A stretch of DNA of 64,000 nt, taken from assembly GCA_001179505.1 (NCBI GenBank), contig CDMY01000269.1, positions 62,001-126,000 of the forward strand, read 5' to 3'. Under the pieces are notes generated by a model. The model saw only the letters and a program-made list of their open reading frames with translations, searched no databases and was not told the DNA's origin. The position numbers and the translations under genes were made by a program. Position 1 is the stretch's first letter. Every line of letters starts with the position of its first letter. The stretch comes from Vitrella brassicaformis CCMP3155 (lineage: Eukaryota > Protista > Chromerida). Positions 1 to 10,934 of the stretch are shown here, one piece after another.

Positions 1-2031
1 CTGCCCACTCACTTGCTGAAGTATCTGTGCAGGTCGACGGTGCACCAGTCCTTGAGATAAGGCTCGATGTAGGTCGTTATCTCAGGAAGCTGACACACAG
101 ACACACACAGACACACACACATCCACCCTCATCCCCCGCCCAACCCGCTCGCGCACTTACCGCGAGCTGCCTCCGAATGATGGGGCTCTCAGGGTCCTGG
201 TCGACCAGCACGAATCGCCCGCCCGGCTTGAGAATGCGGAGCCCCTCCTGCAGGATCTTGAACGTCACGCCCTTGGGCAGCTCGTGCGACACGGCGAACA
301 TCGTGACCATGTCGAACGTGTCGTTGTCGAAGAAGGTGCGCTCGCCGGCGGCATGGTGGAACTCCATGTGGGGATATCGATACCGGGCTACCGCTATCAT
401 GTGGGGGGAGAGATCCACACCTGCAGGGCACGCACAGATACACAGACAGAAGCCCACCAGAGGAGGGAGGTCTCTGGCATGCCTCAGTGGGTGCGGGGCG
501 TTGTGCAGAGTTACCTACCTTCGACAGCCGCGCCCTGGTACTTGGTCTGCAGGAGAGCTGTCGAGTCGCCCGTGCCACAACCAATATCCAGCACCCTGAC
601 AGCCACAACTCACAACACACATGTCATACCGCCCCGCCCCGCCCCTCCTTGACTCGCTGATTGTCTCACCTTGGTTTGTCGACGGTCGGCAGCAGGTTTG
701 CTCTGGGGAAGGCGTTTCGCCCCAGTGTGGCTTCGGCCTCCCGCACGAAGAATGCGCTGTCGTGGTGGTGCTCGTGGCTGTGGAGCGGCTGGAACTGGTG
801 GCCGACGCCCAGCTCGATCTCGGTCCCGGTCTCCTCGAGCGCCTCGCTCCTGTAGCACGCTGTGCCCTGGAAGAGCGTCATGGTCGCCTTCATCGCTGCA
901 GACTGCTCCACTGCCTGGGGGTGGGGTGGGTGCGCAGAGAGGGAGAGAGACACGTATGGACGCGTGTGTGTGTGGTGAGTTGACTGACTGACTGACTGAC
1001 TGACCTGTGTGATGCATAGGTTGCCCTCAAGTATGCCGTGGATGGGTGCCTCGAAGTACTTGGGGATCTCTGTGCGGGGGTCGCGCGCTGCTCGCACCTT
1101 GTCGTCCCAATTCAACCACTGTATCCGACCGACAGAGGCAGCAACACATCACATCCCATCACATCACATCCCACACACACACATGCGTTCGCAGCCCAGG
1201 CAGTCAGTGGCAGTGTGTGGGGTGTGCGAGCGTAGCGTACAGTGAGGTAGTTGGACTGTTCCCAGTTGACTCCCCTGCTGGTGGAGGCCACCTTCATGTG
1301 GTCACGGATCGCACGCAGGATCCCCTGGATCAGAAAGTTCCTGCACACACAACACACATGCACCCCAAGCCAAGCCATGCAGGTGTGCATGCGCCACACC
1401 GCCATGACTGACTGACTAACCTGGGCCATGTTTTCCGCAAGTTCCGCAGGTAGTTCTGCCGCGCCCGCGTGACGCGGTCCTTGACCCACTTCCTCGAGCA
1501 CTTCTGCCGCGCCCGCTGCATCTCTCGCCGCTCCCACGACAGGCCATCATCACCATCTACCACATCGTCTGTAGCCGCAGACGCAGGCCGGCTCACACCC
1601 AAACCACCCGGCGGCGTCGGATACAGCGGCCTACTGCTGCTGCTGCTAGTGTCTTCCCGGTCCTCGGGCGCGAGCAGCTCACCGCCGGCGATGGTCACGT
1701 CGTCCTCGACCTGCCTGACGATCGCGTCGAGCTCCTGCATCTCCTGCTCCATCTCTGCCTCCCGCTTCTTCGGGCCAACCGGCGGCTCCGCCACCACACG
1801 CAGAGACGTCTTGGACGCCCTGCTTGATGGAGATCGGGGTCGAGATGCGGACGAGAGGAGGGAGGGGAGGGGACGGGCGGCGAAGGCGGCTGGCCTGCCT
1901 CGCCGGCTGCTCAAGGTGAAGGGCGCTCCGTTCTCAGGAGGGAGGGAGGACCTGCTGAGTGTGTGTGACCAGACGGCCAGACAGGACAGGCGGACGAGCA
2001 GCAGCAAGAAGAGCAGGGTGGCCAGATCCAT
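1..2031 (-). CDS. Plastid-targeted class I SAM-dependent methyltransferase (multi-exon; 3' end runs off the window)
   Basis: ATG 2031 opens a hydrophobic signal (MDLATLLFLLLLVRLSCLAVWS) and an S/R-rich transit-like stretch containing 'AAFAA'. Later exons read IPKYFEAPIHGILEGNLC, GVDLSPHMIAVA and FDNDTFDMVTMFAVSHELP...ILKPGGRFVLVD, which are Methyltransf_11-type motifs. The last visible exon (QLPEITTYIEPYLKDWCTVDLHRYFSK) ends at a GT donor near base 12. Confidence 0.8.
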
Positions 2032-2215
2032 CGTGGGTGTTGGCCAGGGGGAGGGGGCAAGAGATCCGCGTGGAGTTAGGGTAAGAAACCTGTGAAAAAG
2101 CTGCGCTGGCCTGTAAAGAGAGAGTTGTTTTTTTTCCGAGAGTGACAATCGATGCGTTCGTCGATTAAAGAGGTCAGAGAATGGCACAGGCACTTCATGG
2201 TTGCATGCACTGCCC

Positions 2216-3530
2216 ATGTTTCCTGTGCAGCAGTGGTTCCATGGCCTCTTAGTAGCGGTCTTGATCTTGTCGTCCCTCTTTCTCTCCCCGGCGGACGGCG
2301 CCGAGCTGAAAGGAGAGCATTCATCCTCTGGGCCGCCGCCATCTCAGCAATGCTGCTCCGGCCGCAGCCGCCTGCCCGTGGCGCCCATCACCGTGGCCAG
2401 CACCAGCAGCACTCGTAAAGGGCTGCATCTCCATCAACACCATGACATCACTGTGAGGCTGTGGAAGGCGCAGTTCCACCAGTTTGACGTCGATAGAAGC
2501 GGTGTTCTGGAGGGCGGGGAGGTGGTGGTGTGTCTGCTGCGTGTGGTGGGCGCGTCGACGAGGGCTGCGGTGCTGCGGCAGGTGATGGGGGTGGTGGATG
2601 GCGACGCCGATAAGGCGCTGAGCTTCCCGGAGTTTGTTGGGCTGTACTCTCGGGTACCATGGGAAGAAGCAGGAGTTGACATGCTCCCTCCCATGTGTGT
2701 GCCCTGGCTGTGTGCAGTTGACGAGCGGCTCGACGAGAGCCAACATCCAACGATTCAGCAAATACGACATGGTGAGAGAGAGGAAGAAACCGGGAGAGCG
2801 AAAGGCAGGCTGCCTATCAGCTGACGATCTGTGCCGTCTGTGTGTGTGTGTGTGTGTGTGCAGACAGGTGACGGGCGTCTGAATGCGCTGGAGCTCTTTC
2901 TTTTGTCCATTTCCCGGCCCCACCCCTTCATAATGCGCCTGTCCAACGCTCGTGCGAAGATGCACCAGTTCGACAGAGACCACGACGGCTTCCTTGACTT
3001 CAACGAATACGAGGCAGGCACAGCACAGAGAGAGCGCGGGAAACTGACTGCGCAGCAGTGATTGTGGGTGTGGGTGTGTTTGTTTGTGCGCAGGACATGG
3101 CGCTGGAAGACGGCTTGGAACGGCAAGTAGAAGACGCATTCAGGAAATATGACCAAAGTGAGGGAGGGAGGGAGTGAGCGGATGGATGGATGCGCCAGGG
3201 GCCGGATGGAGGGGAGGCATGAATTGTGTTTTGGTGGTGTGGTGGCAGATGGCGACACTTTCATTTCTCGGAGGGAGCTGCAGCTGGCATATGAGACACT
3301 CGGCTACACCGTGAGCTGAGCTACCGACATACACACGCGTGCCGTGGCGACAAAGATGCGGGCTGATTTGGTTTGTGTCTCATTTTCTCGTGTATTGTCA
3401 GTTCGCTGATGTGTCCGACCCGCTGCTGGTGGAGTACCACAACATGCTGGACATCGACCTGGACGGATTTGTCAGCTACTCTGACTTCAGGGGTGGGTTC
3501 AAGGGCGGCCATCCATCTCTATCTCTCGCT

Positions 3531-3570
<40 letters not shown>

Positions 3571-3773
3571 TGTTGGTTGGTTGGTTCTGCAGACCATTCC
3601 AATGCCCAGTTTCTGGAAGAGCAGGCCGGGGGCCTCGCTGTGACGGAGATCTGAATGGCTGGATGATGAAAGGGAGAAATGCTGCCATCGATGGTGGGTG
3701 GATGCGTGTGTACGTGTGTGTCGGCGACCTCTACCTCTGTAGTGAACGCGCTCATTCCCACAGACGGGATTAA
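2216..3773 (+). CDS. Signal-peptide, multi-EF-hand calcium-binding protein (CREC/calumenin-like architecture)
   Basis: ATG 2216 opens a hydrophobic leader (FHGLLVAVLILSSLFLSPADGA). EF-hand loops occur in successive exons: DVDRSGVLEGGE, DGDADKALSFPE, DM|TGDGRLNALE, DRDHDGFLDFNE, DIDLDGFVSYSD. Stop TAA at 3771-3773. Internal splice sites are only partly resolved. Confidence 0.75.
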
Positions 3774-3882
3774 ATGTTTAATGGTCTCTGTCTGTTGACG
3801 CTTCCCGCGTCACAGTGGACCCGCGCACTCACACACACACGGACGGCATGGCTGCATGCGCCCCGCCACCGCCCCGCCACAT

Positions 3883-6073
3883 TTACGGTCTGTCTGCCCT
3901 CTGTCTGTCTTGCTGCGCCTGTGCTCTGAAGCTCTCCAACACCGACAGGGGATCGATCGTCAAACCAAGATATCCTGCACACACACCACACACACACACA
4001 CGCATCTCTCCACCACCCCTCCCGCTCCTCCCCTCCCTCCCTCCCTCCCTCCCTGCCACCCACACCCTCACCCCTGGCCATCCAGTCTCCCTCCGTCTCT
4101 TCATCAACAACTGGGAAGTCCCCATACCGCCGAATGAGCGTGTCGGTGAGCACCCGAGCGTCGCTGACGGTGTCAGCGATGGTGGCGCCGTGGTAGCTGG
4201 TGCCCGCCACGTCCAGCCACGGCATGTGCTGCGCGCGGTGGCGGTGCAGCGCTATGAGCCTCTCGTGGAAGCCTACGGGGTAGATGGGGAAGGCCTTTTC
4301 GCACCACCGGGCGCTCGTCTCGTCAGGGAGGGTGTCGATGCGCAGGTGGCTGCGGCAGACCTTGACGGCCTCCCGCACTCCGTCCTCGATGCTCGACACA
4401 CCACCACCGCCACCACCACCACCGACCTCACCGTCACCAGCCTCGCTGCCCCTCCTGACCCTTAGCCACACGCCAATCCTGTACACACACACATGGATGG
4501 ATGGATGGATGGATGGGCGACCCATTGGCACAGACGCAGCACACACACAATGTGCTGTGTGGTGTGTGGTGTGGTGTGCTGACGGCTGACCGAGTCATCA
4601 TCTTGGTGACATTGAGGTTTGGGAATATGTTGGAGTCCCAGAACACGCCCAGCAGGTGGGGGTGCACAGACGGCGGACACGCGTACCCCAGACCCTGTGG
4701 TGTGGGCAACGAAAGCAGCACATCCCACTATGCGTGGATCGGATCACCCACTTTCCTTTTTCCCATGTACTCTGAATCGTTTGTCGAGGACGGGCTTGTT
4801 GTAGCCCAGGTTGACCACCACGGCAGACTCGTGGGCGGCGACAAAGGAATCCAACAGCCCACACACCGTCGTCCCATCACCGTCCGCGATCACGCCATCA
4901 AACTGCATACACCCAACCCAAGAAAAGCAGCAGCGGTAGCCACGTTTGGCGCAGTTCACTGCTTCCCCACTCACAAACACCCACCCACTCACACCCACCT
5001 GGCTATGGCGAAGCACGGCTGCCAGGTCGTCGGGCGGGATGGCTGCTATGACGTGGTCCGCCAGGATGGGAGGACCACCTGACGAGTCGGCAAAGGACAC
5101 CTCCACCTTCCGACAAACACACAGGCAGACAGACAGACAGCAGGTGGCCGTGTACAATCAACACATCACGTCTTCTGCATCCCTCTCCCTTCATGTACCT
5201 TCTCGCCAGTGGGTCTCATGGCTGCCACTCTGGCGTCGGTCCTCAGCTCAAGGAAGGGTGTGGGTGCGTCGGTGGTTGTGGGTGTGATTGTGGGTGTGCC
5301 CCGGTATCCGTCAGCCTCCTTGAGCGCCTGCACGAGCACTCGTATGAGTGCCTCACAGCCCTCGTGAAGCGTGAAGGTGCGGCCGCCCTCATACTGGACC
5401 TGCACAGAAACAGCTACGGCATGGCTGCCCCCCATGTGTGCGTGTGGATGGCTACACACCGACCGCCTGATTGAGAGGGTCCCATGGCGGGATGTCCAGC
5501 CAGCTGTCCTTGGAAGCATACACAAAGTCGCTGACACACCACACCCCACACCCACACCCACACACACGATGGGAACATGAGAGCGGCTCCACTCCCCATG
5601 TTGGTCCATCTCACCCTCTTCTGGGGAAGAGCAGCGCCCGCATCAGCGACCCCCTCCGCCTCTCCAGGAACCACAGACGCGGGAAGTGCGACCGCGTCGA
5701 CATCTGCCGGGCGTCGCCGCCCAGCAGTGCGCGGCAGTAGGGCACGATCAAGTCATCCGTGGTGCGCCGACCAACACGACGGACGGCAAAGTCATACACG
5801 CTCTCATCCTGACCGACACACCGACAGACACACACACACACAGGCAGACAGAGGGAGATACAGGTAAGTGCGTGGCGATTGAGTGTCTGGCCTGGCGACC
5901 GACCTCTGCGTTGCCTGGCGGGACGAACATCTCCCTGAGCAAGGCCGGTCCATATCTGAGAAGGTCGAGGCGGCTGGGGACGCGCCTGATCTTGCCGTTG
6001 ATGTGGAGAAAGCGGTCGTTGCCCTTGCTCTTGGAACTCCCCGGAATCACTGAGTAGGGTGTGCCCCACACAC

Positions 6074-6116
<43 letters not shown>

Positions 6117-6656
6117 ACGACAGACAGACAGACAGACAGACGACAGACACGTGTGACGCTCTCCTTCGCTCTCTCCGTTCCGTTCCCTCTGTCTTACCGA
6201 GCATGCCTGCGCCGAGCATTTTGAGGAGTCCGAGCAGCTCGCGGCCGCCCTTGGTGAGAGTGAAGAATCGAGGGCCCTGCTCGAACAGGAACGACCCCTT
6301 CATCTCCGTCTGCACCCAACCGCCCCACCGAGAGGATCCCTCCACCTGCACACAAACACACACACATACATACATTTGTGCCACAGGTTTGATTGTCCGG
6401 CTGTGTGTGCTTCTCTCTGGTTCCTCGTCGCTCTCTCTCTCTGACCAGGGTGAGGGCGGCCTGTGGGAGTCCGCATCTCAGGAGATAGGTCGTGACGAGT
6501 CCGGCGACTCCGCCGCCGATGACGCTGCAGATCCATCCGGCGCAGTGCAGAACGAACATACATAAAGGCACAACCAACACGTACGTGTATTCATTTCATT
6601 AATCTCCTCGCAGAGCGCCTACCTCGTACATACCAAAAGTGTGGAGTTCGACTCAT
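3883..6656 (-). CDS. PPOX: Protoporphyrinogen oxidase (HemY/PPOX family)
   Basis: The spliced N-terminus reads MSRTPHF|CVIGGGVAGL (exon 6634-6656 joined to 6524), giving the FAD GxGxxG motif. Also GGWVQT..FLFEQGPRFF, DESVYDFAVRRVG...ALLGGDARQMS, ADHVIAAIP, VVVNLGY, GFGYL, GVFWDSNIFP, and AFPIYPVGF...WLDVAGTSYHGATIADTVSDA. Stop TAA at 3883. Confidence 0.92.
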
Positions 6657-6842
6657 CGCAGATGCGGCATTTTGCCCAGATCCAGCTCGCTATCCTTCTC
6701 AGCACACTTTTCCCACATCATTGGCCCCCGCAGTTACTCCCCAGAAGCAGCCAGCGGTTTCGGCAGCACAGCACATTTGCGAGCTATTGCTGATCGTCTG
6801 GCGGGAAAGAGGCGAGTCGAGGGCACGGCAGCTGTGCACGGG

Positions 6843-8601
6843 ATGGCGATTGTCATGTGGGACTTATTTGTCATCGGGATCTGCCTCCTCGGCGCCTCAG
6901 CCGTCACGGCTACCACGGCGGCATCTGGCGCGTCCGAAGCCTTCGTGCCGTCACGCACACTGCCAGCCGCACCGCAGACAAGGCGTACGCACACAAAAAG
7001 CAGAAGGAAAGAGGTAGTGTGATGTGATGTGATGCTTTTGATTGTCTGTCCACTCTACTCATGCAGGGTCCGTGCAGGTGCGTCGAGGCGACCTGCGGAT
7101 GGAGAACTTCTTCGGGCAGGTCGGCCTCGACCAGGCCGAGGTGGCTGGCGTGGCGTCGTCAGAGACCCTCCTCAGGAAGTATCTCCGCGAAGAGAAGAAG
7201 GACATCGTCCCTCCGTGAGCACACCACAGATGCAGCCACGTAGCGATGTCCCTCCGAATGTTTGGTGGGTTGTGCTGTGCTGTGCTGTGCAGGACGGCAG
7301 CCGAGTTGCGTGACGAGTATCCTCTGCTCGACCGGCTGCGTGACCTGAAACTCCTGTCGGCACTCGCTGAGGTATGTGTGATATGTCTGCCACCAACACA
7401 TTCTCGTGCAATCCATCCATGTGTATGTGTGTGTGTGTGTTTGTGTGTGTGTTTTGTGCAGTCTGGGCTCTTGCGTGCTCTTGAGGAGAAGGGCCTCACG
7501 CTTTCACAAGTCGAAAAAGCGCTGCCCGTTGGTGAGTCACTGAGTCACTCAGTGAGTGACGCCTGCCCATTCGATGATTTAATCCGCTCGTGGCGAAATG
7601 TGTGTATGTGTGTCAGCCGAGCGGTTCGGTCTGCTGTCGCTGGCGGCCAACAACCTGCCCACGATCAAGAACACCCTGCTGCCTCTGCTGGTCGAGCCAG
7701 CGCCAGCTCTGCTGCCCATCGCCACGGCGGCCGTGAAGGCGCCGACCTCCCTCTACACGGCTGTCATTCCACTCGCACTCACCGGAGCAGGTCAACCGAC
7801 CGACACACTAAGCTGCCTGCACCATGGATGCTCATGTGTGGGTGTGTGGTGTGTGTGCAGAGGTGGGGGTGCATTTGGGGTTCAACAGCATACCGCTGGA
7901 TGTGGTCGCCGCCCTGCCCCTGCTGGGCGGCGCTGCCGCGTCCTTCACAGTCGGCAGCTTCCTCGAAGCGCTAGGGAGCGGGAACGGCGGCACCACCACC
8001 ACCACGACGAGTGCTTCCGTTGCTGCGCCCTCCCTGCCGTCGTTCCCTCGCGGCGCCCTGGCGGCCTCTGCAGGTGCATTGCCACTCAGAGCAGGTAAGC
8101 CAGGCCCATACGTACACCCACACACTCACCCACTCATCCCCACATGTGTGTGAGTGTTTGTGTGCCCGCGTGCAGCGCCCAAGGCGGCTCCCCGAGCGTC
8201 CCCTCCCCCTCCGCCACGGGCACCCCTCCGCCCGGCCGTGCCTGCAAAACAAAGGCCAGCGGGAGGACCGGCACCCAAACCGAAACCAGGTATGACGCAA
8301 CCGACACACACATGCAACACACACACGTGTGTCATTGGGACGTTCCATTCTCTCTGTCTGTCTCTGTCCACCTTCAGTGGCGCGGCCCGTGGCGCCACCC
8401 CCCGCACCGAGGAAGACAGGGCCCATCCCCACCCGGCCTCCGCCCGCATCAGCGGCAGCAGCCAAGCGGACGGTCACCACCCCACCGAAGCAGCCCGCCA
8501 AGCCGGCAGCCACCACGAAGGCACAGCCCGCCGGCGTCAAGAGGATCGTTGCGGCGCCTTCGTCCACCTCCATCGGGGGGCAGCAGCTGAGGAAGGCCTA
8601 G
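6843..8601 (+). CDS. Plastid-targeted DUF1118-like protein with Pro/Ala/Lys-rich C-terminal tail
   Basis: Signal peptide followed by 'SEAFVPSR', a bipartite plastid leader motif. The core LLDRLRDLKLLSALAE|SGLLRALEEKGLTLSQVEKALPV|AERFGLLSLA resembles the repeated KLLS/GLLS pattern of DUF1118, followed by two hydrophobic segments. Stop TAG at 8599-8601. Confidence 0.6.
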
Positions 8602-9326
8602 ATGGACACACACAAGAGAGAGAGAGCTGGTGCAGGGACAGTCATTCTGCCGAACGAAGCTTGATATCCGGCCATATATCAATTTTTTGGATGGCTGGTG
8701 TGCGCTCAACGGTCTGCTTTTCGTGCTGCGTGAGTGGTGTATTGTGGTCTGGTGTGGTGGGTGTGGTGTGTCGGGTAAGTTGGTCGGTCATGTCTCGCTC
8801 TCAGTTTTGTCGCTGAATAAATGACTGTCCGTCTGTCTGTCTGTCTGTCTGTCCGTAAGGTATTTTTCCATGCTTGCAGGATGGCATGGATCACATGAGT
8901 CACGACACGACCGATGCACGTCTCTCTGAAATATGGCCGCTCCACCAGCTCTCGCCACACCACCCTGGCCGCACAAAAGCAAGATTTGTTGGGTTGTTGG
9001 GTTGAGGCAGATACGAAAAGCTAGCTGCCGTATCTGGATGTTCTCGTTGGGTTGAGGCAGATACGGCAGCTGGCGTCCGGCTCGGGCGGCCAGATGAGCC
9101 AGGGCGAGAGCCTCGCCAGCAGCAAGCCCATGATGCGATGCGGTCGTCAAGCGGTCGCACTATGCGAGGACGACGCCGCACGCGGTTTAGCTCGATGATG
9201 CGGTGCTTTGATAGAAGGCGAGATGAAGGGCTGTTCCAGGGGGAGGTGACGGCGCTTTTTTCCGATGTCGATCGGGCAAGCTGAAGTTGGGGGCGTGGGC
9301 GTCTCAAAGTGTTTTCCCCTGTCGTC

Positions 9327-10666
9327 ATGAAGCATTTGAGAGGCGAAGGAACGGAGGACGAGCAGCAGTCCCTCAAAGGCGACAAGGACGTCGAGAGCCA
9401 GGCCCCGGCCGGCAAGAAACCTGCACGCAAATCAATATTCTGGAGGCTGCGCAGAGAAAAGGACGAAGACGAGGAGACCGAACAGCCAACAGCCGCTGCT
9501 GCCGCTGCTTCTGCCACCAGTGCTCAGCCGCGAAGGACCACCTTCTTCCTGCGTGCTCCACGCAAGAGCGAAATCGAGCTGGTGCACGTGCATTGCAGAC
9601 AAACACAGAGACATCCATGCGACTTGAAGTTACCCGTCGCATGTGCAGGGGAAGGAGTGGCTGTACACGAGCTGGTCGAGGCTGCAGAGGAACGGGCCGA
9701 TGATTCTGAAGGTGTTGGGCTTCGTCGGCGGCATCGGGCTGATATTTGAGGGCGTCGATGACGGGTGGTTGAGACACTTACCGTCCCCTTACTTGGTCGT
9801 CCAGTTCTCCTTGTCTCTCTTCTCAGGATCTTCTCCCTCCTAAAGCCGCTGCATATGGTCCTGGACGCCTACCTGGTGTTCTTCGGCCTCTTGTTCGTCT
9901 TTCTAGAGTGCCCCCCGGCCATCCACGCCATGCCGAGCTTCCAGCCCATTCATCGCTTCCTGCGCAAGTACGCCTACTTCACCTGCGGAATGGTCGGCAG
10001 GGGCCTCCTGCAGGTGCGCACCATTCCCTACAGCACCTGTCAGCCAGGATGCAATCGGTCCTCTACATCTGTCCTTGCAGGTATTCATTGCAACGCTTCT
10101 GCTGCCGGACATCGGGCATGGCAGCAGGCACCGTACCATCATTGGCATCGCCTTGAGGATTGTGGGTGTGGCCAATCTGCTGACGGGCGGCTTCGTGGCG
10201 AGGAAAGTGCGGGAGCTGAAGGCTCAGATGATAGAAAAGCTGATTGAATCGAAAGAAGCCAAAGGTGACCACACATGTGTGACGCAGGGGGAGGCGACAT
10301 GCATTGGTTGTCTCATCTGCCTCTCTTGCAGGTGAAGAGTTCGATGAACACGAAATCAAGTTCATCCAGAAGAAGTTCGAAGCCCTTGATCTCAATGGCG
10401 ACGGTAAGTAATCGACTTTTCCCTCTGCTGTCTCTCAGCTTGACTTGACCAATCACTGGTACGTATGTGCAGGGTACGTGGATCTGCATGAGCTGAAGGC
10501 CGGTCTGAAGCACCTCAACTTCGCCCTCGACGAGCGGACGATAGAGAGGACTTTCCAGGAGTATGTGACGGGCCGGGGAAAACCCAAGGCCATCACGATT
10601 GATCAATTCGTCGAGTGGTGGTGGGCGCGGCGCACACAGATTGATTCATTCCTCCACATAGCCTGA
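9327..10666 (+). CDS. TVP15/COPI-associated-type membrane protein with C-terminal EF-hand pair
   Basis: Transmembrane exons ILKVLGFVGGIGLIF, VLDAYLVFFGLLFVFLE, RKYAYFTCGMVGRGLLQ|VFIATLLL and IIGIALRIVGVANLLTG show the TVP15 pattern. They are followed by KKFEALDLNGDG|YVDLHEL and AITIDQFVEWW. Stop TGA at 10664-10666. Confidence 0.7.
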
Positions 10667-10934
10667 GCCGCTGTACGTGCTGTGTCCCTTTCTTGTCTGG
10701 ATGCGAACAGGTACAAGTATCAGACAAGAGAGAGGAGCAGCACAAAATAGAAGCAGACAAGCCAGTGTGGGTGTGGGTGTGGGTGGCTGCGACGGGATGC
10801 GATTGAATCGATGTCAGCGAGGAGACGTATACGTCGTCATGTGTGTGCGCTGGTCGATAAATTTCCCATCAGATGTGAGCGTAGCAAGGGAAACGCACGT
10901 GATCGGTCATTCACAACAGGCACGACACCACCGC

